Shown here: in pieces, positions 10,092-20,678 of the stretch | How positions within the stretch are numbered: the first letter of the stretch is position 1 | How the letters are laid out: every line of letters starts with the position of its first letter | NCBI GenBank assembly: GCA_963761305.1 | Contig: CAVXGK010000002.1 | Location: 3,168,001 to 3,232,000 of the forward strand | Reading direction: 5' to 3' | From: an uncultured Gemmatimonadaceae bacterium | GTDB taxonomy: Bacteria; Gemmatimonadota; Gemmatimonadetes; Gemmatimonadales; Gemmatimonadaceae | Length of the DNA: 64,000 bases | Notes under the pieces: model-generated | The model's database searches: none | What the model was told of the DNA's origin: nothing | The model's input: the letters and a program-made list of their open reading frames with translations, nothing else | Translations under genes and position numbers: made by a program

Positions 10092-11506
10092 CGCCGTCGC
10101 TCCCCGAGCGAGGGCAGCCGCGCATTTCACCGATTCATTCGTCGGACACGATCATCGCCCCGGCAACCGCTCCGGGCCGCGGCGCGCTGGCGGTCGTGCG
10201 ACTATCGGGGCCTGGCGCCCACGCGATCGGGAGGGCGTCGCTTCATCCGTGGCCCGAGGTCGCCCGGAGCGCGACGGTTTCGCAGGTTCGCGATCTCGCC
10301 GGCACGGTACTCGATCAGGTCGTGGCGATCCGTTACGACGCGCCGGCGTCGTTCACCGGCGAGGATTCCGTCGAACTGATCACGCACGGCGGAGCGGTCG
10401 TGTCGGCGACGGTGGTGGCCGCGTTCGTGGCGCGAGGGGCGCGCGTGGCACACCCGGGCGAGTTCACGCGCCGCGCGGTTCTCAACGGAAAGCTCGACAT
10501 CCTCCAGGCGGAGGCGACGGGGGATCTCATCGACGCGGGGTCGCGTGCCGCTCAGGCAGTGGCGTTGCGCCAGCTCGATGGCGGGCTGACGCGTCGTGTG
10601 GCGTCTCTGCGCGCGGAGCTGATCGCGCTCGAGGCGCTGATCGCCTACGACATCGACTTCCCCGAGGAGGACGATGGTCCGATCGCGCCGGCGAGGATCG
10701 CAAAGCAAACCGACGCGGTGATCGACGCACTGGGAGGCCTGCTCTCGACCGCGCGCACGGGCGAGCTGGTCCGCGAGGGTGCGCTCGTCGTGATCGCCGG
10801 CGCGCCGAACGTCGGCAAGTCTTCCCTGTTCAACGCACTGCTGGGGGAGAGCCGTGCGATAGTCACCGACATCCCCGGCACGACCCGCGACGCGATCGAG
10901 GCGGTCGTCGACACGCCGACGGTCCCGCTTCGCCTCGTCGACACAGCCGGGATTCGCGACGCCGTCGATCCGGTCGAGCGGCTCGGTGTCGAGGTGAGCG
11001 CATCGTACGTGTCGCGCGCGGCGGTCGTGCTGGCGTGCGGCGACGGGGTCGCGTCGCTGCGCCAGATCGGCGCGACGCTGGCCGGGCGCGCCGGCGCGAC
11101 GGTGGTGGTGGTTCGCACGAAAAGTGACATCGCACCGCCGTCGGACGCCGAGCTGTCGGATGCGCGCTCCGCGACGGGCGCGACGAGCAGCGTCGCCGTG
11201 AGCGCGGAGACCGGCGCGGGGCTCGATGCGCTTCTCGGGCTCGTCGCCCACTTGGTCGCGGACGGCGCGGTCGAGCTGCACGCCGATGCGCCGATTCTGA
11301 CGCGCGAGCGGCACCGCTACGCCGTGTCTCGGGCGCTCGACGAGGTGCGGGCGTTCCGGGATGCGTGGCGAGACGGCGCGCTGCCGGCGACGGTCGCCGC
11401 CGTGCATCTGCGCGAGGCGGTGACGACGCTCGAAGATCTGATCGGCGCCGTCGACGTGGAAGACGTGTTGAACGAGGTCTTTCGGCGCTTCTGCGTCGGA
11501 AAGTGA
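10088..11506 (+). CDS. mnmE: tRNA modification GTPase MnmE
   Basis: [32 protein letters not shown] and C-terminal FCVGK; GTGA overlap with the upstream gene. Confidence 0.97.
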   Translation: MTPSLPERGQPRISPIHSSDTIIAPATAPGRGALAVVRLSGPGAHAIGRASLHPWPEVARSATVSQVRDLAGTVLDQVVAIRYDAPASFTGEDSVELITHGGAVVSATVVAAFVARGARVAHPGEFTRRAVLNGKLDILQAEATGDLIDAGSRAAQAVALRQLDGGLTRRVASLRAELIALEALIAYDIDFPEEDDGPIAPARIAKQTDAVIDALGGLLSTARTGELVREGALVVIAGAPNVGKSSLFNALLGESRAIVTDIPGTTRDAIEAVVDTPTVPLRLVDTAGIRDAVDPVERLGVEVSASYVSRAAVVLACGDGVASLRQIGATLAGRAGATVVVVRTKSDIAPPSDAELSDARSATGATSSVAVSAETGAGLDALLGLVAHLVADGAVELHADAPILTRERHRYAVSRALDEVRAFRDAWRDGALPATVAAVHLREAVTTLEDLIGAVDVEDVLNEVFRRFCVGK

Positions 11507-11521
11507 CGCCGGCGTGCGTCG

Positions 11522-12460
11522 CTACGCGGTCAGTGCCGCCGCGTGGCTGAGCGCCGCGATCTCGGCGGCGCGCGCGCGCACGGCCCACGAGAGTCCGTTG
11601 GCGGCGATCGCCGGCTCGCACATCCGCGCGCCGATGTAGTAGCCCGCGCGCTCCGGAATCACGTATCGGTCGACGGTACGCGCTTCATCGCTCATGCCGC
11701 CCGAGAGATAGCGGAGACGGAGGCCGAGGCCAGAGCGATCCAGGTCGCCGGCGACCGCGCGGGTCAGCACGGATTCGAGCTGTCGCACCTCGGTATACTG
11801 GCGTCGCCCATATCCGAAGTACTCCCAGGCGGCGTGGCCGGGACTCACCTGGCGCGACGCGTGAATCGCGAGTCCTTCGTTGACGAGGAGCTCACGGAGC
11901 AGCGTTCGACGTCCACTGTCCCAAAACGAGTAGTAGCCGCCTGACTCGGTGAGCACGTCGCGCAATTCGCTGCGGCTCGTGGGAGACGTGTAGCGAACGA
12001 CGTGCGCGATTTCGTGCGCCAGCCAGAGCGGAATGAGCTCGGGGTCGAGACCGAGGCCCTGTGTTTGCGCGTTCGTTTGACCGGTGAAGTGCTCGAGACA
12101 GACGAACGCGATACCGCGGCCGTCGACGACGAGTTCCCCGGCGTTGGCGGCGCCGACGCCCACCATCAGGACGACGTCGACGTCACAATCCATTGCAAGC
12201 AGTTCGCGGCACTGCTGTTCGGTGTTGCGTGCAAGCGACACCACATCGGTGCGCTCCAGCATCGCTCTGAGGTCCGGTCGAGCCGCCGTCACCGTCGATC
12301 GCACGATGTCCACGTAGTGCGGACCGTCGGGATCGATCACATAATTGTGCCAGTACGGCTCGAGGATCTTGCGGTGGCTGTTGAAGTAGCGCTGATACGC
12401 GGCTTGTCGGTCGGTACTATCGAGAACGGCGAAGAAGTCGGGTAGCAGGTTGATCAGCAT
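11522..12460 (-). CDS. Putative Zn-dependent protease (DUF2268-like)
   Basis: HEIAH (HExxH) followed by EGLA, then GYYIG; start taken at MLINLL. Confidence 0.65.
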   Translation of the reverse strand: MLINLLPDFFAVLDSTDRQAAYQRYFNSHRKILEPYWHNYVIDPDGPHYVDIVRSTVTAARPDLRAMLERTDVVSLARNTEQQCRELLAMDCDVDVVLMVGVGAANAGELVVDGRGIAFVCLEHFTGQTNAQTQGLGLDPELIPLWLAHEIAHVVRYTSPTSRSELRDVLTESGGYYSFWDSGRRTLLRELLVNEGLAIHASRQVSPGHAAWEYFGYGRRQYTEVRQLESVLTRAVAGDLDRSGLGLRLRYLSGGMSDEARTVDRYVIPERAGYYIGARMCEPAIAANGLSWAVRARAAEIAALSHAAALTA

Positions 12461-12618
12461 TCGACCGGGCGCGGGAAGGCGGCGCGACGTTTTCCGACGG
12501 ACGCGGAATGATAGTGGCGATATGAAAAGTGAACAAGAGTCGAGAGCGCGACGACGCGTGGCACAGTTCTTCCCATTTTCACTTTTGGAAAGACCGACGA
12601 GACGGCGGGGATGAACCG

Positions 12619-13272
12619 ATGACCACGCTGCAGCAGATAGAGCTTCAGTGCCCCATCTGCGAGACGCACTTTCGCTCGCAGACGGTGGTGTCAACCAATT
12701 CTTTCGGCGGGAAGCGCACCGACTTTCACGAACGCGCGGCGGGAACACAGCCGTTGCCGTACCTGATCCACACGTGCAGTCGTTGCGGATACTCGGGAGC
12801 CGATCGTGATTTTACCGATGGCGCCGACGTATCGCCGATTCTCAAAGAACGAGTCTGGTCCGAGCTGGCGCCCGCGATCAGCAGTGGCACGCGAACGGGC
12901 TCCGAGAAATACGAGGCCGCCGCGAAGGTGGCCGAATGGCAGGGCGCGGAGCCGCGCCACGTTGCCGACCTGTTGCTCCGCGCGGCTTGGTGTTGCGTGG
13001 ACGAAGGCGACACCGAGGCGGAGCGCTTCTTCCGGCGCAAGGCGGCTTGGAAGTTCGAAGAAGCGCTCAGCGCGTTCGACGGCGTGCCGCGGGACGAGCG
13101 GGCGGTGATCAACTACTTGGTCGGCGAGTTGTGGCGCCGCGTAGGCGATGCCACGCTAGCCGAGACCTGGTTCGACCGAGTCCACTCGGAGATCGTGGAT
13201 CAGGAAGCCCAGCAGTGGATCATCGAGGCGGCTGACCAGCAACGCGAGTGTCCGCGCGAGTGGTTCAGCTGA
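12619..13272 (+). CDS. DUF2225-like zinc-ribbon plus helical-repeat protein
   Basis: CPIC...CSRCGY, LRAAW and YLVGELWRRVG. Confidence 0.75.
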   Translation: MTTLQQIELQCPICETHFRSQTVVSTNSFGGKRTDFHERAAGTQPLPYLIHTCSRCGYSGADRDFTDGADVSPILKERVWSELAPAISSGTRTGSEKYEAAAKVAEWQGAEPRHVADLLLRAAWCCVDEGDTEAERFFRRKAAWKFEEALSAFDGVPRDERAVINYLVGELWRRVGDATLAETWFDRVHSEIVDQEAQQWIIEAADQQRECPREWFS

Positions 13273-13327
13273 CGGAGACCTGAGCGTCGGGTTCTGAAGT
13301 CAGCTCTGGCGACGGCTGTGGACGCGC

Positions 13328-13975
13328 TTAGCGCGTGCCGAACAGCCGATCGCCAGCGTCGCCAAGGCCGGGCAGGATGTACCCCTGCTCGTTGAGCCCA
13401 CGGTCGAGCGACGCGCAGTACACGACCACGTCGGGATGTTCGCGGGCGAGCCGGCGCACACCCTCCGGCGCCGCGACCAGACACATGAATCGAATTCGCG
13501 TCGCGCCCGCGCGTTTGAGCGAGGTCACGGCCGCGACCGCGCTGCCGCCCGTCGCGAGCATTGGATCGAGGAGAAAGAAGTCGCGTTCGGACGCGTCGCC
13601 GGGCACCTTGAAGTAGTAGTCCACCGGCTCGAGGGTGTCGTGGTCGCGATAAAGTCCGATGTGTCCGACCCGGGCACCGGGAACGAGGCGGTAGATGCCT
13701 TCGACCATGCCCAGGCCCGCGCGCAGGATCGGGACGAGCGTGAGCTTCTTTCCGCTCATCCGCTGCCCCACCGTTCGCTCCAGCGGCGTCTCCACGACAG
13801 CGTCGGCGAGCACGAGATCGCTCGTCGCTTCGTACGCGAGCAGCATGGCGATCTCGTCGACCAGCTCCTTGAAGATCTTCGTCGGCGTCTCGCGGTCGCG
13901 AAGGATGCTCAGCTTGTGCTGCACCAACGGATGCGAAACGAGACGAAGCGTCGGGAAGCCGGGGGTGGTGTCCAT
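13328..13975 (-). CDS. upp: Uracil phosphoribosyltransferase
   Basis: [18 protein letters not shown] and [16 protein letters not shown]. Confidence 0.97.
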   Translation of the reverse strand: MDTTPGFPTLRLVSHPLVQHKLSILRDRETPTKIFKELVDEIAMLLAYEATSDLVLADAVVETPLERTVGQRMSGKKLTLVPILRAGLGMVEGIYRLVPGARVGHIGLYRDHDTLEPVDYYFKVPGDASERDFFLLDPMLATGGSAVAAVTSLKRAGATRIRFMCLVAAPEGVRRLAREHPDVVVYCASLDRGLNEQGYILPGLGDAGDRLFGTR

Positions 13976-14089
13976 GGCGCGCAAACTACTAATTTCGCGC
14001 GCATGACAGAATACCGGTCACGGCCGTCGAATCGCATGGAGCACGCGCGGCCGTCATCGGCGTCGAGCGCGCTCTAGTCTCGCTCACCC

Positions 14090-14698
14090 ATGCTTCCGCC
14101 GCGTCGCGCAAACTGGTGGCGCCTGGGTTGGCTGGTGAGCCTCTTGATGATCGCCGGCTGGGCGCTGTCGCTGTTCGGAGTCTACGTCTGGGGGCATCGC
14201 GACACGGCCCGACCGGTGGCGGCGATCGTGGTGATGGGTGCCGCGCAATACGGCGGCCGTCCGTCGCCCGTGTTCCGCGCCCGCATCGACCACGCGATCG
14301 ACCTCTGGCGCCGCGGACTCGCGCCGCGACTGATCTTCACCGGCGGTCCCGGCGACCGCGACACGACGAGCGAAGCGGCCGTCGCCGAGCGGTACGCAAT
14401 CGATCGCGGCATTCCCGCGCGAGCGATCCTGATCGAGAACGCCGGCCGGTCGACGTCGGAATCACTTCAGCACGTGGCCGCGCTCATGGATGCCGAACCG
14501 TCGCGCAGCGTGATCCTGGTGAGCGACCCGTTCCACATGCTTCGGTTGACCATCGTCGCCCGGCGGTTCGGGCTCACCGCCTACGAGTCGCCGACGCAAA
14601 CCAGCCCGATCTCGACGAGCTGGCGCGAGTCCTGGAAATACGCGCTCGGCGAATCGATCAAGGTGCCGATCACCTTTCTGCTACAGCGCCGCGAATAG
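14090..14698 (+). CDS. YdcF/DUF218 (ElyC/SanA-like) protein
   Basis: IVVMGAA, IFTGG, SEA, STSES and VSDPFHMLR; N-terminal TM. Confidence 0.85.
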   Translation: MLPPRRANWWRLGWLVSLLMIAGWALSLFGVYVWGHRDTARPVAAIVVMGAAQYGGRPSPVFRARIDHAIDLWRRGLAPRLIFTGGPGDRDTTSEAAVAERYAIDRGIPARAILIENAGRSTSESLQHVAALMDAEPSRSVILVSDPFHMLRLTIVARRFGLTAYESPTQTSPISTSWRESWKYALGESIKVPITFLLQRRE

Positions 14699-15560
14699 GG
14701 GCGCGCGCGGCGAGCGACCCGCCCCTCTGGACGGCACGAACGAGCCACGACCAGTACGCCTGCCCGCCAACCTCGGGAACGTCGTTGTGGCCGGCCCCGC
14801 GCACGACGAGCAGCTCGCCTTTGTTCGCGGCCGCGGCAAACACCTCACGCCCCATACGGACGGGCACGACGGCGTCCCGGTCGCCGTGCGACACCCACAC
14901 CGGCGCGCGAAGCGAGCGGACGCGAGTCGGCGTGTCGTAATGAATTCTCGAGATGAGCCGCCAGAACCCGCCTATGCCAGGAACGCCGAGCCGGGCCGCC
15001 ATCGCGCGGGCCGTGGTGAGCGGGGCTTGCAGCACGAGCGCGCGCGGCGGTTCACGCGCGGCGAGCTCCGCGGCGACGGCGCTGCCGAGCGAGTGTCCGT
15101 ACAGAACGAGATCGCCGTGCGCGACGCCAAGGTGCTCGGAGAGAAAGTCCGCGGCGGCCGTGGCGTCGAGGGACGAGGTCGTGTAGGTCGGCCCGCCGGG
15201 AATGCCGTCGTACCCGCGATACTCGGGAAGGAACACGCATGCGTCGGCTTCTCGGGCGAGACGCGACGCCCATGGTACCAACCAGCGCGAGAGGTCGGCG
15301 TTTCCGTGAAACGCGACGACGGCTGTGCGTCCTGGACGGCAGTCGCCGACCAGGAAACCGAAGAGCTCGACACCGTCAGCGGCTCGGTAAGTCACGCGCT
15401 CCGCGGGGACGGGCCCGTCGTGGACGCGATGGGGCGGCTGGAACAGCACGCGCTCCTGATAGTGCCAAAGCATGAGCAACAGCCCGACATACGCGAGCGC
15501 CGCCCCGGCGGCGACGAAACAGATCAGACGTAGCACGCGCGATCGCGTCGATTCGACCAA
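14670..15560 (-). CDS. Alpha/beta hydrolase (ABHD17/BEM46-like)
   Basis: FHGNA, EYRGY, GHSLG nucleophile, HGDRD and GAGHND; start (TTG 15560 or GTG 15536) uncertain. Confidence 0.85.
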   Translation of the reverse strand: MVESTRSRVLRLICFVAAGAALAYVGLLLMLWHYQERVLFQPPHRVHDGPVPAERVTYRAADGVELFGFLVGDCRPGRTAVVAFHGNADLSRWLVPWASRLAREADACVFLPEYRGYDGIPGGPTYTTSSLDATAAADFLSEHLGVAHGDLVLYGHSLGSAVAAELAAREPPRALVLQAPLTTARAMAARLGVPGIGGFWRLISRIHYDTPTRVRSLRAPVWVSHGDRDAVVPVRMGREVFAAAANKGELLVVRGAGHNDVPEVGGQAYWSWLVRAVQRGGSLAARAPIRGAVAER

Positions 15561-15611
15561 CGAATCCTTGTCAGGGTTCCAGTGCTCACTAGAGGAGTGC
15601 AATTTAGACCC

Positions 15612-16925
15612 ATGCGCATTCCGATCGATACCTTTCGATTGCCGAACGGACTGTTTGTTTGCCTGTCCGAAGATCACACGGCGCCGATCGTGGCAGTGAA
15701 CCTCTGGTATCACGTCGGCTCGGCAAACGAGCCGCCGGGCCGCACCGGGTTCGCGCATCTGTTCGAGCACATGCTGTTCCAAGGCTCGGCGGACGTCGAG
15801 GCCAACGAACACTTCGAGCTCGTGCAGCGTGCCGGCGGCACGCTCAACGGATCGACCTGGCTCGAGCGCACGAACTACTTCGAGACGCTCCCGTCCAACC
15901 AGCTCGAGCTGGCGCTGTGGTTGGAGGCGAATCGCATGGGCAAGCTGCTGCCGGCGATGACGCAGCAGAAGCTGGACACCCAACGCGACGTGGTGATGAA
16001 CGAGCGCCGTTGGTCGATGGACAACCAGCCGTACGGGACGTGGATGGAAAAGCTGCCGGCGCTCTGCTTTCCGCCGGAGCATCCGTTTCATCACTCCCTC
16101 ATGGGCTCGATGGACGACTTGACGGCCGCGAGCTTGAAGGACATCGCCCAGTTTTTCGCGACGTACTACACGCCCGACAACGCCGTCCTGTCGATCGCGG
16201 GAGACTTCGATCCCGCCGACGTGCGCCGTCTCGTCGACAAGCATTTCGGCGCGATTCCGCGGGGTGCGGGCAAGCCGCCGCTGCCGGACATGTCGCTCCC
16301 GCCGAAGTTCGGCGACTGGAGGCGCGAGATCGTTCCCGACGACATCATGCTGCCGAGGTTGTTCCTCGCCTTCCGGTCACCGGCGTTCGGAACGGACGAG
16401 TACTACGCGGCAAGCACGTGCGGCGCGGTGCTCGGACTGAGGAACGCGAGCCTGCTGCGACGACGACTGGTGCGCGAACGACAGGTTGCGGCGGAGGTCA
16501 CCGCCTTCACGTACGATCTGTCGAAGGGCGCGGATCTGCTCGTCGTGGACGCAACGGCGCGGCCCGGTGTGTCCGCGGAACAACTCGAGCACGAGGTCGC
16601 GCGCGAGATCGACGTGGTCGTGCGAGACGGCGTGTCCGACGAGGACGTCGAGCGCGCCGTGGCGGTGATTCAGACGATGTTCGTGTCGTCGATGCAGCAG
16701 GCCGCCGAGCGCGCCGACCGGATGTCGCTCTTTGCGACGTACCTTGGCGATCCCACCAAGCTGAACGACGAGGTCGATCGCTATCGAGACGTCACCGCGC
16801 GCGAGGTGAACGCCTTCATTCGCGCTCGATTGGGCGAAGACAATCGCGCCAGCCTGATCTACGTGCCGCGCGAGGCAGCGCCTGAGGAGCTGGTGGGTTC
16901 CGGCGTCGCGGCGGCGAACGAATGA
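15612..16925 (+). CDS. M16 (pitrilysin-family) peptidase, catalytic subunit
   Basis: GFAHLFEHMLF (HxxEH), VVMNERR and YYTPDNAVL. Confidence 0.93.
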   Translation: MRIPIDTFRLPNGLFVCLSEDHTAPIVAVNLWYHVGSANEPPGRTGFAHLFEHMLFQGSADVEANEHFELVQRAGGTLNGSTWLERTNYFETLPSNQLELALWLEANRMGKLLPAMTQQKLDTQRDVVMNERRWSMDNQPYGTWMEKLPALCFPPEHPFHHSLMGSMDDLTAASLKDIAQFFATYYTPDNAVLSIAGDFDPADVRRLVDKHFGAIPRGAGKPPLPDMSLPPKFGDWRREIVPDDIMLPRLFLAFRSPAFGTDEYYAASTCGAVLGLRNASLLRRRLVRERQVAAEVTAFTYDLSKGADLLVVDATARPGVSAEQLEHEVAREIDVVVRDGVSDEDVERAVAVIQTMFVSSMQQAAERADRMSLFATYLGDPTKLNDEVDRYRDVTAREVNAFIRARLGEDNRASLIYVPREAAPEELVGSGVAAANE

Positions 16926-18304
16926 GCGCGCCGACCATCACGAAGGCGCAACGGCCATCGCCAGGGCCGCGACGCGAGTATCACTTTCCCCGGTTCACAC
17001 GGCGACGGCTGGACAACGGACTCGAGTTGATCGTCGCGCCGGTGACGAAGCTTCCCGTCGTGACGGTCGCCGTGGTGGTCGACGCGGGTGCTGTGTGCGA
17101 TTCCGCCGGACAAGAAGGCGTCGCCCGGCTCGCGGCGAAGCTGATGCTCGAGGGCACCGAGAAGTACGACGGCGCCGAGCTCACCGAACGATTCGAGCAG
17201 CTGGGAGCGTCGATCGACGCGGAGGCCGATTGGGACGAGGCCGCCGTCACGATGACGGTGATGTCCGATCGTCTTCCGGCGGCGTTCGCATTGTTGGGTG
17301 AAGTCCTCCGCACGCCGGCGTTCCCGCAGAGGGAAGTCGATCGACTCAAGGCGGAGCGTCAGGCCGAGCTGCTGCAGCTGCGAGCGGAGCCGCGCGGCCT
17401 GGCAGACGAACTCTTCACGCGGTTTCTCTACACGCCTGCGTCGCGATATGCGCAGCCGGACGGCGGCGATGAAGTGAGCGTCGCGCGAATCGAACGCGCC
17501 GGCGTGCAGGCGTTCTACAAGAAGCGATATGCACCGTCCGCGACGACGGTGATCGTCGTCGGCGACGTCACGGTGGAGCGCGCGGAGGAGTTGGCGCACG
17601 GCGCGCTGGGTGGATGGTCGGGGAGCGCCCCGGCGAAGGTGCTTGCCGACGCGTCGGCCGCGCGTCAGGATCGTGCGGTGCACATCGTCGCCAAGGCGGA
17701 CGCGCCGCAGTCGGAGCTGCGCATCGGCCACATCGGAATTCCGCGCAACCATCCGGATTTCTTCGCCGTCAACGTGATGAACGCGATCCTCGGCGGACTG
17801 TTCAACTCGCGGATCAACCTGAATCTGCGCGAAGTGCACGGCTACACGTACGGCGCGTTCTCCGTGTTCGACTGGCGACGTCAGGCGGGGCCGTTCCTCG
17901 TGCAGACCGCGGTGAAGTCGGACATTACCGACGCGGCCGCGCGCGAGGTGCTGACGGAGATCGAGCGCATTCGCGCCGACCGCGTCGGCGACGACGAGCT
18001 CTCGCTCGCCACGAGCTATCTCGACGGCGTCTTCCCGATTCGCTTCGAGACGACGGCCGCGATCGCCTCGGCGCTCTCGGTGCTGGTCGTGCACGGGCTG
18101 CCGGACGACTACTACGAGCGTTATCGCGAGCGCGTGCGAGGCGTCACACGCGACCAAATCCTCGAGGCAGCGCGACGGCACCTGCACCCGGAGGCGCTGC
18201 AGCTGGTCGCCGTGGGAGATCCGGCGGTCGTCCACGATCGGCTCGCCGCGATGCAGTTCGGACCGGTGTCGCTCTACGACGCGTCGGGACAGCGAACCAA
18301 ATGA
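16922..18304 (+). CDS. M16 peptidase, non-catalytic partner subunit
   Basis: No HxxEH; LGGLFNSRINLNLREVHGYTYG; ATGA overlap. Confidence 0.9.
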   Translation: MSAPTITKAQRPSPGPRREYHFPRFTRRRLDNGLELIVAPVTKLPVVTVAVVVDAGAVCDSAGQEGVARLAAKLMLEGTEKYDGAELTERFEQLGASIDAEADWDEAAVTMTVMSDRLPAAFALLGEVLRTPAFPQREVDRLKAERQAELLQLRAEPRGLADELFTRFLYTPASRYAQPDGGDEVSVARIERAGVQAFYKKRYAPSATTVIVVGDVTVERAEELAHGALGGWSGSAPAKVLADASAARQDRAVHIVAKADAPQSELRIGHIGIPRNHPDFFAVNVMNAILGGLFNSRINLNLREVHGYTYGAFSVFDWRRQAGPFLVQTAVKSDITDAAAREVLTEIERIRADRVGDDELSLATSYLDGVFPIRFETTAAIASALSVLVVHGLPDDYYERYRERVRGVTRDQILEAARRHLHPEALQLVAVGDPAVVHDRLAAMQFGPVSLYDASGQRTK

Positions 18305-18861
18305 CCCCGCTCGAAAGCGCGGGTCAAGTCGGCAGCGAGCGCAAGTATACCGGAAAGATCATCTCGGTCGATCGCGACACCGTTCGCTTCCCCGACGGAT
18401 CGATCGGCGAACTGGACATCATTCGGCATCCCGGCGCGAGCGCCATCGTGCCGTTCGTGAGCGACGTCGAGGGCGAGGATCCGCAGATTCTCTTGATACG
18501 CCAGTATCGATATGCGGCCGGCGACTTCCTCTACGAAGTCCCCGCCGGCCGGCTCGAGGTAGGCGAGGATCCGCGCGACTGTGCCGTCCGCGAGCTCAAG
18601 GAAGAGACCGGCTGCACGGCGTCGCGTCTCGATTTCCTGTTCACGATGTTCACGACGCCCGGATTCACCGACGAACGCATCCACGTGTTTCTGGCCGCCG
18701 GGCTCCAGCGCGGAAACACGGCCCATGAACCCGACGAGTTCATGACGGTCGAGACGATGACGCTCTCGCATGCACTCGACTTGATCCGGCAGGGCCGGAT
18801 CAACGACGCCAAGACGGCGCTCGCGATCCTCTTCGCGGCTGGGTTTCGCGCCGGTCGCTGA
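18301..18861 (+). CDS. NUDIX hydrolase (ADP-ribose pyrophosphatase-like)
   Basis: Nudix box GRLEVGEDPRDCAVRELKEETG, QYRY and TPGFTDE. Confidence 0.9.
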   Translation: MTPLESAGQVGSERKYTGKIISVDRDTVRFPDGSIGELDIIRHPGASAIVPFVSDVEGEDPQILLIRQYRYAAGDFLYEVPAGRLEVGEDPRDCAVRELKEETGCTASRLDFLFTMFTTPGFTDERIHVFLAAGLQRGNTAHEPDEFMTVETMTLSHALDLIRQGRINDAKTALAILFAAGFRAGR

Positions 18862-18998
18862 GCGATCCCTCGCGGGTCGGGAGCAACTCGGGCGGTCGCC
18901 TCTGTGTCAAAAGAGGGACAAAGAAAGCCGCCGCGGGATAGGGTCTCGTCATGAATTGTGGACAGGGCGAAACCGCCCCCCGACGGCAACTCGACTCT

Positions 18999-19065
18999 CA
19001 AGTTGTTGATCTACAACGGCTTGAAACGCGACAGTTTCCGCGCTTGGTGCGGCATGGCATCTGCC
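18999..19065 (+). promoter_or_regulatory. Putative sigma54 promoter with an upstream IHF-like site
   Basis: CGGCATGGCATCTGC (GG 19051-52, GC 19063-64, 10-nt spacing); GATCAACAACTTG on the minus strand at 18999-19011. Confidence 0.5.
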
Positions 19066-19168
19066 CCTTTGTACCAGCGAGAAGTAGTGGTTTCTGGGGG
19101 ACGCGATCGAATCTGTTCTGTTCGTCGAGTCGTACCCTTTCAAGCAGTGCCAAGGGGGCACGGGCACC

Positions 19169-19801
19169 ATGGCTGAAGTCGCAATCAAACGGTCGCCGCT
19201 GCCGGGGACGGCGAGAGAAAGGCTTCATGCGCTCGACGATGCGTCGATCGTCGGGGCATTTCTCGGCGGGGAGGAGCGGGCGTTCACCGAGCTCGTCGAG
19301 CGGTATCAGACGCGGTTGCTCAACTTCATCTACCGAACGATCGGCGACCGTGAGCGGGCCGAGGATCTCGTCCAAGAGGTCTTCATCCGGGTGTACCGGC
19401 ATCTACATCGCTTCGATCGGACGAAGAAGTTCTCGACGTGGGTCTACACGATCGCGTCGAACCTCGCCAAGAACGAGCTCCGCAATCGGTCGCGAAACCC
19501 GCTGGTCTTGTTCCAAACCATCAAGGCAAGTTGGGATGACGAAGAGCGTCCGCTGCAGTTCGAGGACACGACCGCCCGGCCAGATGACATGTACCGGCGC
19601 CGTCATCTTCGCTCGCTGGTGGAAGAGACAGTGGCCAAGCTTCCGGAGCATCACCGTCAGGTGTTCGTGCTTCGCGAGCTCGAGGGGAAGTCGTACGAAG
19701 AGATCGCCGAGATCACCGACTGCAACCTGGGCACGGTGAAGTCACGGCTGAATCGGGCACGCAATGCGTTTGCGTCGATCATCGAGCCGAAGATCGACTG
19801 A
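19169..19801 (+). CDS. ECF RNA polymerase sigma factor (RpoE/SigW-like)
   Basis: AEDLVQEVFIRVY, FSTWVYTIA and SYEEIAEITDCNLGTVKSRLNRAR. Confidence 0.95.
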   Translation: MAEVAIKRSPLPGTARERLHALDDASIVGAFLGGEERAFTELVERYQTRLLNFIYRTIGDRERAEDLVQEVFIRVYRHLHRFDRTKKFSTWVYTIASNLAKNELRNRSRNPLVLFQTIKASWDDEERPLQFEDTTARPDDMYRRRHLRSLVEETVAKLPEHHRQVFVLRELEGKSYEEIAEITDCNLGTVKSRLNRARNAFASIIEPKID

Positions 19802-19984
19802 CACGTTTTGGCTCACGATCGGCTGTAGTGTATAGATGAGGGGAGAAGCGGGCGGGGCCGAATCGGCCTCGCCCGTTTCGCATCGCGGGGTCTCGCGTCC
19901 TCCTTGGGGCCGCCGTATTCTGGAACCGCCTCCGGTGCGGCGGGTACCGATTGGCGAAACCACCCGCGGTGCGAGCCCCTTTTG

Positions 19985-20587
19985 ATGGACTGTCGCGAGT
20001 TTCGAAGCAAACACGTGGCGTACGTCGACGACCTCTTGGCAGCCGTCGACATGGATGCGATGCGGGCCCACCTGGAGTGGTGCACGAACTGCGCGCATCA
20101 GGACACCGCGGTGCGGCGAAGTCTGCTGCTCGTGCGAAACCTTCCCGTCATCGAACCGTCGCCGGATTTCATGATCCGGTTGAACGCGCGATTGTCCGAG
20201 ATCGGACCGGCGCCGACCTACGCCCCGGCGAGAACCTCGCTGTTCTTTTCCGTGCCGGCGCTGGGGACTTTCGCGGCGGTTGCGGCGGGCATCGGTGTCA
20301 TCGCCGTGCTGTCGTTCCGGACGACACACTATGTCGCGCCCGTACAGGAAGCGAACGCGCACATTACGGATGCGCCGATCCCGAACACGCCGATCTCCGC
20401 GGACGTCGATCTGACGCCGGCCCCCATGCCGTCGGCGAACAGTGGCGCCGACGGCACTCCGATGGCGAACGCCGCGTACGTGGCCGCGGTGCCGACGGGG
20501 ATGCCGATTTGGCCGGCGGTGCTCATGATCGGCGAGTCTCCGGTGCGATTCGCGACCATGGAGCTCCAGCAGCCCGACGGACGCTGA
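19985..20587 (+). CDS. Zinc-finger (zf-HC2/ZAS) anti-sigma factor
   Basis: MDCREF...HLEWCTNC (HxxxCxxC), single TM, downstream of the ECF sigma. Confidence 0.85.
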   Translation: MDCREFRSKHVAYVDDLLAAVDMDAMRAHLEWCTNCAHQDTAVRRSLLLVRNLPVIEPSPDFMIRLNARLSEIGPAPTYAPARTSLFFSVPALGTFAAVAAGIGVIAVLSFRTTHYVAPVQEANAHITDAPIPNTPISADVDLTPAPMPSANSGADGTPMANAAYVAAVPTGMPIWPAVLMIGESPVRFATMELQQPDGR

Positions 20588-20617
20588 CACAAAACACAGC
20601 AATGCGCGCGACCAGGC

Positions 20618-20644
20618 AGCCGGCGACGAGCCGGCTTTTTCTTT
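20618..20644 (+). terminator. Intrinsic terminator
   Basis: AGCCGGC-GACGA-GCCGGCT followed by TTTTCTTT. Confidence 0.75.
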
Positions 20645-20678
20645 GTCCGGGCGGCGCGTCGCGGCATATATTCTCGGC

